From Vicinamibacteria bacterium (GTDB taxonomy: Bacteria > Acidobacteriota > Vicinamibacteria > Marinacidobacterales > Marinacidobacteraceae): a DNA stretch of 64,000 nt. A model generated the notes under the pieces. That model made no database searches and was not told the DNA's origin. It worked only from the letters and a program-made list of their open reading frames with translations. Numbering within the stretch: position 1 is the first letter of the stretch; every line of letters begins with the position of its first letter. The stretch covers positions 128,001 to 192,000 of the forward strand of contig OZ219816.1 of the NCBI GenBank assembly GCA_964291235.2. Direction: 5' to 3'. Below, in pieces: positions 19,088-28,793 of this stretch. The translations under genes and the position numbers were made by a program.

Positions 19088-20875
19088 ATGTCACAAGGCT
19101 TCGATTTCTCTATCGCCATTGGGGGTGCTGCCGGGCAAGGAATTGCCACGCCCGGCAACATCCTTGCCCGGATGTTCGTTCGCCGGGGACTCCACCTCAA
19201 CGCCTACAACGCATATCAGTCGATCATTCGGGGCGGACACATTCTCCTGACCATGCGGGTCAAGGAAGAAGAGGCCCTGTCCCATGGTGACGGGATCGAC
19301 CTGCTGCTGTGTCTGAACCAGGACACCATGACGCGTCACCTGCGCCATCTGGGCCCGGGCGGCTACGCGGTGTACAACGCCGACACCATCACCCCCGGAG
19401 AGCACCAGGAGGGTGTTCATCTGTGCGGGATGCCGGTGACCGAACTCACCGGCGACGCCAAGAACAAGCTGGCGCAGAACACCGCCGCGCTCGGCGTGAT
19501 GGCCCACGTACTGGGGCTCGATTTCGAGGTCCTCGAGGCCGCACTCACCCTCCAGTTCCAGAGAAAGGGAGAGGCGGTGGTTTCGTCCAACGTCGCGGTG
19601 GCCCGCGCCGGCTACGAGTACGCAAGCGCCAAGTTCACCCCGCTCACGAATCCGCTGCCGACCAACCCGGATCCGCTCGCCGTATGGACCGGGAACGACG
19701 CCCTGGCGATGGGAGGAGCGGCGGCCGGCGTCAAGTTCTACTGCGCCTATCCCATGAGCCCCTCGACCGGAGTGCTCCACTGGATGGCGAAGAACGCCCG
19801 GGAACTCGGCATCATGGTGCGCCAGGTCGAGGACGAGATCGGAGTCGCCAACATGGCTGTTGGAGCGGCCCACACCGGCGCCCGCACCATGTGCGCCACT
19901 TCGGGCGGCGGTTTCGCCCTCATGACCGAGGCCATCGGATCGGCCGCGATGATGGAGATCCCGGTCGTTTTCATCAACGTGATGCGCGCCGGGCCTTCGA
20001 CGGGAGTGCCCACCAAGACCGAGCAGGGTGATCTCTGGCAGGCGCTCGGAGCCAGCCAGGGCGACTTCGAGCGCATCGTGGTGGCCCCCCAGAGTGCGAC
20101 CGACGCGTTCAGCACCATGGCGGAGGTCTTCAACCTGGTGGATCGCTACCAGTGCCCGGCCATCGTCCTGTCCGATCTGCTCATTTCGGAGGGAACCTTC
20201 AGCGTTCCGCCAAAGGACATCGACATGTTCCCGCCCATCGAACGCGGGAAACTGATCCGGGAAGCGAACGGAGACGGCGGAGCCTACAACCGCTACCTCG
20301 ACACCAGCGACGGCATCTCGCCGCGGGCGGTCCCGGGGGTTCCCGGCCACGTCCACGTGGTCGCCACCGACGAGCACGACGAGGAAGGAATCCTCATTTC
20401 GGACGAGTTCACGAACCCGATCAAGCGCCGCCAGATGGTCGAAAAGCGCGCGCGGAAGCTGGACGACTACTTCTCCCGCGTTTCCGCCCCCGAAATCGAA
20501 GGGGACGAGGGCGCCGAGGTCACCCTGGTGGGCTGGGGTTCGACGGCGGGAGTCATCGCTGAGGCGATGGACCAGCTCCGGGCCGACGGAGTCAAGGTCG
20601 ACCAGTTGGCCGTGAAGTGGATCGTCCCGTTCCACGCCGACGCCGTCTCGGAGGCGCTTTCCGGAGCCCGGAAGACCCTCATCATCGAGAACAACTACTC
20701 GGGGCAATTCGCCCGGTTCCTCCGGGGCGAGACGGGCGTTACCGCCGACGGACATATCCGCAAGTACGACGGCGAACCGTTCATGCCCCACCACATCGCC
20801 GACGGAGTACGGGCGCACCTCGCGGGCACCGTTCCCTCAGGCGTGTTCGTACCGGACCAGGAAATCCTCGTCTAG
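19088..20875 (+). CDS. korA: 2-oxoacid:ferredoxin oxidoreductase alpha subunit (gamma-alpha fusion)
   Basis: GGAAGQGI, IRGGH, GNDA.A.G, AYPMSPST, QVEDEI, TSGGGF.LM.E, RAGPSTG.PT, GWGST. Substrate not determinable. Confidence 0.9.
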   Translation: MSQGFDFSIAIGGAAGQGIATPGNILARMFVRRGLHLNAYNAYQSIIRGGHILLTMRVKEEEALSHGDGIDLLLCLNQDTMTRHLRHLGPGGYAVYNADTITPGEHQEGVHLCGMPVTELTGDAKNKLAQNTAALGVMAHVLGLDFEVLEAALTLQFQRKGEAVVSSNVAVARAGYEYASAKFTPLTNPLPTNPDPLAVWTGNDALAMGGAAAGVKFYCAYPMSPSTGVLHWMAKNARELGIMVRQVEDEIGVANMAVGAAHTGARTMCATSGGGFALMTEAIGSAAMMEIPVVFINVMRAGPSTGVPTKTEQGDLWQALGASQGDFERIVVAPQSATDAFSTMAEVFNLVDRYQCPAIVLSDLLISEGTFSVPPKDIDMFPPIERGKLIREANGDGGAYNRYLDTSDGISPRAVPGVPGHVHVVATDEHDEEGILISDEFTNPIKRRQMVEKRARKLDDYFSRVSAPEIEGDEGAEVTLVGWGSTAGVIAEAMDQLRADGVKVDQLAVKWIVPFHADAVSEALSGARKTLIIENNYSGQFARFLRGETGVTADGHIRKYDGEPFMPHHIADGVRAHLAGTVPSGVFVPDQEILV

Positions 20876-20917
20876 CCGCCGTCACCCCGCCATCCGGAGA
20901 CACATACAGGAGACTCA

Positions 20918-21814
20918 ATGACTATCGAGCTCAGGGAAAAGCCGCTCACCGCCAAGGACTTCAAGGGAAAGGTCGACCCGGACTGGTGTCCAGGCTGCGG
21001 CGACTTCGCGCTGCTGCGCGCCACGCAGATGTCGGTGGCCGAACTAGGCCTCGCTCCGCACGAGATCGTGTGCGTGAGCGGCATCGGTTGTTCCTCGAAC
21101 TTCCCCGGGTACTTCAATTCGTACGGTATGCACACCCTGCACGGGCGGTCGCTGGCGGTGGCGACCGGCGTGAAGATGGCCAACCAGACCCTGACCGTGA
21201 TGGTCACCGGCGGCGACGGGGACGGTTACGGGATTGGCGGCAACCACTTCACCCACACCGCCCGGCGCAACGTGGACCTGACGTATCTGGTGATGAACAA
21301 CCAGATTTACGGGCTCACCACCGGGCAGGTCTCGCCGAGCAGCGCCGTCGGGATGAAGACCAAGAGCACGCCGTTCGGAAATATCGAGCGGCCGGTGAAC
21401 CCGCTCACCTCGGCGATCATGAACGGCGCCACCTACGTGGCGCGGGGCTTCTCGGGCAACATCAAGCAGCTCGTCCGGCTCATCAAGGGCGCCATCGAGC
21501 ACCGCGGGTTCGCGGTCATTGACGTCTTCAGCCCCTGCGTGACGTTCAACCGCGACAACACCTACGACTTCTTCCGCCAGCGCGTCTCCCCGCTTGAGAA
21601 CGAAGACCACGATCCGTCCGACTGGAAGTCTGCCTGCGAGCGGGCGTTGGAATGGGGCGACACGATCTACACCGGGCTCTTCTATCAGGACCAGGGCGTC
21701 GAGCCGCTCCACGCGCTGGAGCCGATTCTCGAGGGCGGGGCTCCCCCGGTGTCCCACGTTCCCGAGGCGGTCACCCAGGAACAGAGCGACCGCATCATCC
21801 GGCGGATGATGTAG
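20918..21814 (+). CDS. korB: 2-oxoacid:ferredoxin oxidoreductase beta subunit (TPP-binding)
   Basis: WCPGCGD, SGIGCSS, HTLHGR, GGDGD...NN.IYGLT.GQ.SP, SPCVTFN. Confidence 0.92.
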   Translation: MTIELREKPLTAKDFKGKVDPDWCPGCGDFALLRATQMSVAELGLAPHEIVCVSGIGCSSNFPGYFNSYGMHTLHGRSLAVATGVKMANQTLTVMVTGGDGDGYGIGGNHFTHTARRNVDLTYLVMNNQIYGLTTGQVSPSSAVGMKTKSTPFGNIERPVNPLTSAIMNGATYVARGFSGNIKQLVRLIKGAIEHRGFAVIDVFSPCVTFNRDNTYDFFRQRVSPLENEDHDPSDWKSACERALEWGDTIYTGLFYQDQGVEPLHALEPILEGGAPPVSHVPEAVTQEQSDRIIRRMM

Positions 21815-21844
21815 GCCCGACGCCCGAGGGCGCCGCCGGTTCTC

Positions 21845-22807
21845 ATGGCACGTGTCCGCGCCTTCGGCTCCCGGCTTCTCGGCGCTATAGGCCGGGGCGA
21901 AGCGGCGCTTGGAGTCGTCGTTCTTCTCTGGGCGACGAGCCTGAGCATTGTCAAGTACGGGGTGGGGATGGGAGATCCCTACGCTTTCAACCTCGCGCGC
22001 CTGCTGCCGGCCACCCTGATCCTCCTCTGCGCGGTAACCCGGACCCCGGCTCTCAGGAAATTCGAGTGGCGCGACGCCGGGTCGGTATTCGTCCTCGGCG
22101 TCGCCGGGCACGTGATCTTCCAGGTCGGATTCATCCACGGCACGCATGCCTCCTCGGCGACCAGTTCGGCCCTCATCCTGGCGCTCACCCCGGTAGCCAT
22201 CGCGGTCCTCGCCTGGGTGACGCGGGTGGAACCCTTCTGCCAGCACACGGCAGTCGGGCTCACGCTCGCCATGGCCGGGATCGTCCTCGTCTCCGGTGCG
22301 GAACTCAACCTGACCGCCCACCTCGGCAACCTCGCCCTCTTCGCCGCCATGCTCGGCTGGGCGGTGTACACGGTCCGGGGAGCATCTCTGGTTCGCAAGT
22401 ACGGCGCTTTGCGGGTCACCGCCTGGAGTTCGGCGGTCGCCTCGGTCCTGCTCCTGCTGCCCAGCCCCTTCCTGCTCACTCTCGCCGACTTTCGGCTTGC
22501 CCCCGCGGCGTGGTGGGTTGCCGCTCTCGTTTCCGGGATCGCCGCCATTGCTCTAGGCAACCTGCTCTGGGTGTACGCGACGGCTCGGGTAGGGCCGACG
22601 CTCACCGGCGTCTATTCGAATGTCCTCCCCATTCCGTCGATTCTGATCTCGTGGCTGTGGCTTGGAGAAACGCTCGCGGCGGCCAAGATCGCCGGGGCGG
22701 GGCTGATCATCGCGGGTATTGCGGTCGCGCGCATTCACCGGGCGTGGGGAAGCCACAGCCTGCGGAGGAGGTCGCGCGGCGTTCGAACGGCCGTGCATCC
22801 CGGCTGA
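21845..22807 (+). CDS. DMT/EamA family transporter
   Basis: About 10 hydrophobic segments in two repeats; WA.YT, LGE..  GAGLII.G C-terminal motif. Confidence 0.85.
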   Translation: MARVRAFGSRLLGAIGRGEAALGVVVLLWATSLSIVKYGVGMGDPYAFNLARLLPATLILLCAVTRTPALRKFEWRDAGSVFVLGVAGHVIFQVGFIHGTHASSATSSALILALTPVAIAVLAWVTRVEPFCQHTAVGLTLAMAGIVLVSGAELNLTAHLGNLALFAAMLGWAVYTVRGASLVRKYGALRVTAWSSAVASVLLLLPSPFLLTLADFRLAPAAWWVAALVSGIAAIALGNLLWVYATARVGPTLTGVYSNVLPIPSILISWLWLGETLAAAKIAGAGLIIAGIAVARIHRAWGSHSLRRRSRGVRTAVHPG

Positions 22808-23053
22808 AACGCGCCGCCACGCGGCGCTCATCGGTGCGTTGCGGTCGGAATGCGCACGGTATTCCTCCCTTGCGCGCTTCGTCAGCCTCAGCCGAACCCC
22901 CACCGGGAGAACTGAGCCTCCGCGTTCTCCAGGCTCGCGTGATCTTCTCCGGAGACTGTAAAGTTCCCGGTCGAGTAACTGCCTGACGGCACGGCTGACG
23001 ACCGGACTCGGCCCACAATCACGACGGACGGAGAGCCCGTTCAGGAGAACGTC

Positions 23054-23932
23054 ATGAGCACGGAATTCCGACTGAAGACAGGTCTCGCCGACATGCTGAA
23101 GGGCGGCGCGATCATGGACGTGACCAACGCCGAACAGGCGCGTATCGCAGAGGACGCGGGCGCGGTCAGCGTGATGGCTCTCGAGCGGGTACCCGCCGAT
23201 ATCCGTCGGGACGGTGGTGTGGCCCGGATGTCCTCCCCCGAGAAGATCCGCGAGATCATCGAAACGGTGAGCATCCCGGTCATGGCCAAGGTGCGTATCG
23301 GCCATTTCGTCGAGGCGCAGATTCTTCAGGAGATGGGGGTGGACTTCGTCGATGAGAGCGAGGTCCTGACACCGGCCGACGAAGAAAACCACATCGACAA
23401 GCACGCCTTCGAAGTTCCGTTCGTTTGCGGCTGCCGCAACCTGGGCGAGGCGCTTCGCCGAATCGGCGAGGGCGCGGCGCTGATTCGCACCAAGGGGGAG
23501 GCCGGCTCGGGCAACATCGTGGAAGCGGTACGCCACCTGCGCCAGATCGGGAACGAACTCCGCCGCCTCACCATCCTCACCGATGACGAGCTGATGTCCG
23601 CCGCCAAGGAACTCCGCGCTCCCTACGAACTGGTGCGGGTGGTGGCGCGCGACGGCCGCCTGCCGGTGCCGAACTTCGCGGCGGGAGGGGTGGCGACCCC
23701 GGCCGACGCGGCGCTTTGCATGCAGCTCGGAGCGGAGTCCGTCTTCGTCGGGTCCGGAATCTTCAAGTCGAACGATCCGGAGAAGCGGGCCAAGGCCATC
23801 GTGAAGGCGGTGACCCACTATCGCGACCCGGCCATGCTCGTTGAGGTCTCGATGGGCCTCGGCGAACCGATGCGCGGCCTCGAGATCGCCTCGATTCCCG
23901 AGGCAGAGTTGCTGCAGACCCGCGGCAACTGA
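23054..23932 (+). CDS. pdxS: Pyridoxal 5'-phosphate synthase subunit
   Basis: [49 protein letters not shown]. Confidence 0.98.
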   Translation: MSTEFRLKTGLADMLKGGAIMDVTNAEQARIAEDAGAVSVMALERVPADIRRDGGVARMSSPEKIREIIETVSIPVMAKVRIGHFVEAQILQEMGVDFVDESEVLTPADEENHIDKHAFEVPFVCGCRNLGEALRRIGEGAALIRTKGEAGSGNIVEAVRHLRQIGNELRRLTILTDDELMSAAKELRAPYELVRVVARDGRLPVPNFAAGGVATPADAALCMQLGAESVFVGSGIFKSNDPEKRAKAIVKAVTHYRDPAMLVEVSMGLGEPMRGLEIASIPEAELLQTRGN

Positions 23933-24082
23933 TTCGCCCCGGGTCGGAAGGGTCCCGGGGTGGATGGGTGCCGGTCTGGATGAACCACGGCCGATCGCTA
24001 CCGGGTGGCGCGTGCCTCCCTCCGCGGTGCAGCCGCGAACGCGTGATACAGGGCGATTCGCGCGAGCCAACGGGGTGACCGA

Positions 24083-24757
24083 GTGACACAAGAAGCGGCT
24101 GCGCCGCCGGAGCGGACGGAGTCCGTTCCGACCGCGCCGCCGCGCATCGGCGTCCTGGCGCTCCAGGGGAGCTTCGCCCTCCACGCGGCGCACCTCCGGC
24201 GCCTCGGAGTGGAAGCGGTGGAGGTCCGCCGGGCACCCGCCCTCGCCGGGCTCGATGGCCTCATCATCCCGGGCGGCGAAAGCTCGACGATGCTGAAGTT
24301 CCTCCTCGAGGAAGGCCTCTTCGAGCCCGTCCGAGCCTTCCAGCGAGAGGGAGGCGCGCTCTACGGAACGTGCGCCGGCGCCATCTTGCTGGCCCGCGCC
24401 GTCGAGAATCCGCCACAGGAATCGCTGGCGCTGCTCGACATCGAGATCCAGCGGAACGGCTACGGCCGCCAATTGGAGAGCCACCTCGGCGCCTGCGCCT
24501 GCCCGGAACTGGGTGAGCCGGACCTGCCGGTGGTGATGATCCGAGCGCCGATCATCAGCGGCGCCGGGCCGAACGTGCAGGTACTCGCCGAGTGGCGCGG
24601 CCAGCCGGCGTTTGTCCGCGAGGGTCGCGTCCTGGCCACCACCTTTCATCCGGAACTGACAGCCGATACGCGAATCCATACCTATTTTGTGGAAGTTGCC
24701 GGAGAGGCTCAGAGATTCCGGAAGCGAGGAACATTGGGCGGAACCATTTCCCGCTGA
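24083..24757 (+). CDS. pdxT: PLP synthase glutaminase subunit
   Basis: GVLALQG, PGGESS, GTCAG, RNGYGRQ, IRAP, TFHPEL. Confidence 0.97.
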   Translation: MTQEAAAPPERTESVPTAPPRIGVLALQGSFALHAAHLRRLGVEAVEVRRAPALAGLDGLIIPGGESSTMLKFLLEEGLFEPVRAFQREGGALYGTCAGAILLARAVENPPQESLALLDIEIQRNGYGRQLESHLGACACPELGEPDLPVVMIRAPIISGAGPNVQVLAEWRGQPAFVREGRVLATTFHPELTADTRIHTYFVEVAGEAQRFRKRGTLGGTISR

Positions 24758-24852
24758 GAGCGTTTTGTTGTTCGGAACCTTTTTCGGGTTTCGGGCTTCA
24801 AGCAGGCGAGGGAATCGTGGAGGGAGGAGGCCCGGGTTCTCCCCGTGTACCC

Positions 24853-26289
24853 ATGTCCCTCGCCGCACCCACCCTGGTCACCCAAGCGGCGGTGGAGACC
24901 GCCGACCGGGTCGCGGTGGTGGTAGGGAACAGCCCGCCGGCTGACGACGCGGTCCAGTTTCTCAAGGAGGAGTCATGGCGGGTGGAGAGGCTGCCCTCCG
25001 TCCTTGAAGAGACGGCGGAAAGGCTGCTGCGCGCCGCCTCGGTGGTCATCGTGGACGCGACCGTCGCCGCGGACACGATTCCGAGAGCGCTCGAGTACCT
25101 GCACCGGATCTGTCCCGAGGCTGCCAGCGTTCTGCTCGCCGGAGCGGACGCGCCGCGGCCGGATTTCGCCGGACTCGGGCCCGGGCGCCCGCGACTGGTC
25201 TCCGCTCCGGTCAGCCGAGAGTCGCTGCTGACGGCGCTGGAAGCGGAAATCGGGTATCGGAATCTGCTGCGGGAAAACCGCATTCTCCGCGACGAACTCC
25301 ATACGGCGACCCGACTCGAGGACTGGATCGGCTGTTCGGGCGAGGCCGCTGAAATCCGCAGCGCCATCACCACCACCGCGTTCTCCGACGGTCCGGTGCT
25401 GATCGTCGGCGAGCCGGGCAGTGGCCGGCGCCTGGCGGCGGAGCTCGTCCACCGGCTCGGCCGACAGTCCTCGTTGCCGTTCCTACCGTTGCAGGCCGCG
25501 AGCCTGCCGGCGGGAGGGCTCGCCACGATTCTCTCCAGGCTGCGGCGTGGCGATGCGGGGTTCGGGCCGGAAATGCTCCGCACCCGGCGGGAAAGTCTCT
25601 ACCGGCCGGGAAGCCTCTATCTCAGCGGCGTGGAACAGCTCCGTCCCGGAGATCAGGCCACTCTCGACGACGCGGTTCGTCGTCCGCCGCCGTTCCGGCT
25701 CATCGTCTCCGCCGCTCCTGACCTTCGGACCCGCGTGCGTTCCGGCGTCTTCCCGCGCACCCTCTTCAAGCGGCTGGAGAGTTCCGCCATCCGGATTCCG
25801 CCGCTTCGCGAGCGTCGGGAAGACATCCCCGCCCTCCTCCTGCACTTCCTGAAACGGGCGTGCGAGAGTGCGGGGGAACCCGCCTTCGGGGTCTCGGGCA
25901 CCACGGTCGAGGCCTACGGCAGCTACCACTGGCCCGGAAACACGGCCGAGCTGCGCACGTCGGTGGAACGGGCGGTCGCCACCGCCCAGGTTTCCCGGTT
26001 TTCCGGCAAGGTCCTGCCGGAGACGCTCTGCTCCCCACCGGACGGGGGAACGCCGCGCGCGAGGAACGTGGATTCGCGTCCCTTGAAGGAAGTGATTGCC
26101 GAAGTCGAGAGGACACTCATCGAACGCGCCCTCCGGCAGACCCGGGGAAACCAGAAACGCGCCGCTCACGCCCTCCAGATGAACCCGACGACGCTCCACG
26201 AGAAAATGAAGCGACACGGCCTTCTCAAGCGGTCCTCAAGGGATTCCGAACAACCGGATTCCCCCGGGCGCCGCGAAAAAAGCGCCTGA
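24853..26289 (+). CDS. Atypical NtrC-like regulator: degenerate receiver + degenerate AAA+ + Fis HTH
   Basis: IGCS, PVLIVGEPGSGR, IPPLRERREDIP.L, YHWPGN..EL...VERA, ALRQTRGNQKRAA.L. No GAFTGA. Start set at ATG 24853. Confidence 0.82.
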   Translation: MSLAAPTLVTQAAVETADRVAVVVGNSPPADDAVQFLKEESWRVERLPSVLEETAERLLRAASVVIVDATVAADTIPRALEYLHRICPEAASVLLAGADAPRPDFAGLGPGRPRLVSAPVSRESLLTALEAEIGYRNLLRENRILRDELHTATRLEDWIGCSGEAAEIRSAITTTAFSDGPVLIVGEPGSGRRLAAELVHRLGRQSSLPFLPLQAASLPAGGLATILSRLRRGDAGFGPEMLRTRRESLYRPGSLYLSGVEQLRPGDQATLDDAVRRPPPFRLIVSAAPDLRTRVRSGVFPRTLFKRLESSAIRIPPLRERREDIPALLLHFLKRACESAGEPAFGVSGTTVEAYGSYHWPGNTAELRTSVERAVATAQVSRFSGKVLPETLCSPPDGGTPRARNVDSRPLKEVIAEVERTLIERALRQTRGNQKRAAHALQMNPTTLHEKMKRHGLLKRSSRDSEQPDSPGRREKSA

Positions 26290-26343
26290 CCCGCGCCCGG
26301 CGAACCGGTTCTCCCGCGGCGCGCGGCACGCCGAAGGTACAAA

Positions 26344-26378
26344 GAAAGCGCCCCGGGTCTTTCGACCGGGGCGCTTTC
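26344..26378. terminator. Probable bidirectional intrinsic terminator
   Basis: gaaagcgccccgg-loop-ccggggcgctttc (13-bp stem) between convergent genes, with an A-rich 5' flank. Confidence 0.7.
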
Positions 26379-26392
26379 CGGGACGGAAACGG

Positions 26393-26959
26393 CTACTTGG
26401 TGGTGATCTTGAAGTGAGCGCGACGGTTCTGCTGCCAGCAGTCCTCGGTGCTCTCGGTGCACTGCGGGCGCTCCTTCCCGTAGCTCACCATCTCGATCCG
26501 GCTGTCCGGAACGCCAAGCGACACGAGGTAGTCGTAGGCCGCGCGAGCGCGCCGCTCACCGAGCGCCTGGTTGTATTCCACGGTGCCGCGCTCGTCGCAG
26601 TGTCCTTCGATCTGGATCATCGCCGAGACGTAGGACCGCTGCAGCCACGCTGAGTTCGCCTGCAGCGCACTTCTCGCAGCGTCCGTCAACTCGGACTCGT
26701 CATAGGCGAAGTGGACATCCGACAGGTTCTGCTGGAGCTCCATCATGTCGGTGTCCATGTAGATGTCGCGCTCCGTCGGCGGTGGCGGCGGCGGTGGCGG
26801 CGGCGGCGGCGGCGGTGGCGGCGGTGGTGGCGGCGGCGGCGGCGGCTCCTCAGGTGGCGGCGGCGGCGGCGGCGGCGCCTTGGAGCACGCGGATACGGCA
26901 AACCCGAGAGCGACCGTCGCGAGAGAGAGCAACAGCAGGGTGGCGATGGCTTTTCTCAC
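26393..26959 (-). CDS. pal: Peptidoglycan-associated lipoprotein (OmpA-like domain) with polyproline linker
   Basis: GGAGG SD + GTG 26959, lipobox VSAC, VHFAYD, IEGHCDERGT.EYN.ALGERRA, SYGKERP, NRRA. Confidence 0.93.
   Translation of the reverse strand: MRKAIATLLLLSLATVALGFAVSACSKAPPPPPPPPEEPPPPPPPPPPPPPPPPPPPPPPPTERDIYMDTDMMELQQNLSDVHFAYDESELTDAARSALQANSAWLQRSYVSAMIQIEGHCDERGTVEYNQALGERRARAAYDYLVSLGVPDSRIEMVSYGKERPQCTESTEDCWQQNRRAHFKITTK
26777..26875 (-). repeat. CCG/CCA trinucleotide repeat encoding P8-EE-P23
   Basis: Runs of cgg/tgg on the plus strand at 26777-26845 (23 codons) and 26852-26875 (8 codons). Confidence 0.95.
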
Positions 26960-27087
26960 AAGGAAAACCTCCGGGGGCAACGAATGAAGAGCCGTTTGAG
27001 AGGCTATCGGATCGGTCTCTCGGAAGTCAACGACAGACCTTCGATTTCCAGCGTCGTGACAACGCGTTCCGACTCCGGAATTCGGAA

Positions 27088-27846
27088 TCAGCCCCGCGTC
27101 TCCTCAGTGATTCTGAGCGCCGCGTCCCTCGGGTCGGCGTGCCTCGTGATGGCACGGCCAACCACGATGTAATTTGCCCCGCGCCGCGCGGCCTCGCCGG
27201 GGGTGGCGACCCGGCGCTGATCATGCGCCTGGGCCGCCCAGCGGGGCCGGACTCCCGGCACCAGCAAGACGAAGTCGTCGCCGCAAGCGTTCCTGAGCGC
27301 CGCCGCCTCGGCGGCCGAGGCGACCACGCCTCCGAGCCCCGCGGCCTGCGCGAGGCGCGCGAGATTCAGGACCTGGTCCGCAATGGAAATCCCCGGATAC
27401 ACCTCGGCGGCGCTCGCCTCGTCGAAATGCGTCAGGACGGTCACTCCGAGCAGCAGGGGCGGCGTGGAGGCGGACCGGGAGGCGGCAGCCGCCGCCTCCA
27501 GCATCGGTCTTCCTCCGGACGCATGGACATCCACGATGCTTGCGCCCGACGCCGCCGAGGCGCGCACCGCACCCGCCACCGTGGCGGGGATGTCGTGGAA
27601 CTTGAGGTCCAGGAAGACCCGTCCCGCTGACGCGAACTCCGAAAGAACGCGAGGCCCTGCCGCCGTAAACAGTTCTTTCCCCACCTTGTAGAAGGAAGCC
27701 GCGCCCGCCAGGGCGTCGCGGAGGCGCAGGGCGTCATCGAGCGAGGCGGTATCCACCGCGACCACCAGCTCCCCGGCGCCGGGCGCCGCGACCCAGTCCG
27801 GGGCCGCCGGGGCGGCCGATTGGGCGGAGGCGCGGGAAACCGTCAC
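27088..27846 (-). CDS. pyrF: Orotidine-5'-phosphate decarboxylase
   Basis: VAVD, YKVG.EL, FLDLKFHDIP.TV, VHASGG, GVTVLT, PGVR, DQ.R, VVGRAI. GTG 27846 overlaps the pyrD stop. Confidence 0.96.
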   Translation of the reverse strand: MTVSRASAQSAAPAAPDWVAAPGAGELVVAVDTASLDDALRLRDALAGAASFYKVGKELFTAAGPRVLSEFASAGRVFLDLKFHDIPATVAGAVRASAASGASIVDVHASGGRPMLEAAAAASRSASTPPLLLGVTVLTHFDEASAAEVYPGISIADQVLNLARLAQAAGLGGVVASAAEAAALRNACGDDFVLLVPGVRPRWAAQAHDQRRVATPGEAARRGANYIVVGRAITRHADPRDAALRITEETRG

Positions 27847-28793
27847 GTCCCGAACTCGCTGGAATCCCGCAGCGCCCCGGTCAGTTCGCGCACCGCCGAC
27901 ACGTCGTGCCGCCGGCAATACGCGGCGAGACCATCGAACGTACGCCGCCAGACGCCGGGATCCACGAAGTTCATAGTTCCGATCTGCACGGCGCGAGCCC
28001 CCACCAGCAAGAACTCGAGGGCGTCTTCCGCGTTCGCGATTCCTCCCATCCCGATCACCGGGAGCCGGCTCCCCCGGGCCACCTCCCACACCATCCGCAC
28101 CGCGATGGGACGGATGGCGGGTCCGGAAAGCCCGCCGACCACGTTCGCGAGCCGGGGCCGGCGGCTTTCCACGTCCACCGCCATCGCGGGGATGGTGTTT
28201 ATCAGGGACACCGCATCGGCCCCCGCCTCGGCGACCCGGCGGGCCATGGCGGCCATGTCGCTGGCGCTGGGGCTGAGTTTCGGGATCACGGGAAGCCGGG
28301 TCCCCCGCCGCACGACCTCCGTTGCCCGCGCCGCCATGTCCGGATCGCATCCGAACTCGATCCCACCCTCGGCGACGTTGGGACAGGAGATGTTCACTTC
28401 GATGGCGGACACGCCCTCCGCCTGATCGAGAATCCGCGACAACTCGCCGTACTCGGCAAGGGAACTGCCGCAGATGTTCGCGATGACGACCTTGCCAAGC
28501 GCCCGGACCGCCGGCAGCTTTTCCGCCAGGAAACGGCGGACCCCAACCTCCTGGAGCCCGATCGCGTTCAGCATGCCCGAGGGGGTTTCCCAGATCCTTG
28601 GGGGCGGGCAGCCCTTGCGGGGTTCCAGGTAGAGCCCCTTGGCCGAGATCGCCCCGATGCAGTCGTAGTCCGCGACCTCCCGGTACTCGTCGCCGTAGCC
28701 GAAGGTGCCGCTCGCGGCGATCAGGGGCGTCGGCAGGTGGAGGCCGGCGATCTCCACTCCCATCTCAACGGGGACGGAACCGTTCGTCGTCAT
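27843..28793 (-). CDS. pyrD: Dihydroorotate dehydrogenase family 1B catalytic subunit
   Basis: ASGTFGYG, GMLNAIGL, NISCPNV, KLSP, INT, GGLSGPAIRP, GMGGI. ATG 28793 overlaps the pyrK stop. Confidence 0.95.
   Translation of the reverse strand: MTTNGSVPVEMGVEIAGLHLPTPLIAASGTFGYGDEYREVADYDCIGAISAKGLYLEPRKGCPPPRIWETPSGMLNAIGLQEVGVRRFLAEKLPAVRALGKVVIANICGSSLAEYGELSRILDQAEGVSAIEVNISCPNVAEGGIEFGCDPDMAARATEVVRRGTRLPVIPKLSPSASDMAAMARRVAEAGADAVSLINTIPAMAVDVESRRPRLANVVGGLSGPAIRPIAVRMVWEVARGSRLPVIGMGGIANAEDALEFLLVGARAVQIGTMNFVDPGVWRRTFDGLAAYCRRHDVSAVRELTGALRDSSEFGT

Noticed and set aside
23933-24082. Possible ncRNA between pdxS and pdxT
   Set aside because: No recognisable motif or strong stem beyond GC-rich background.
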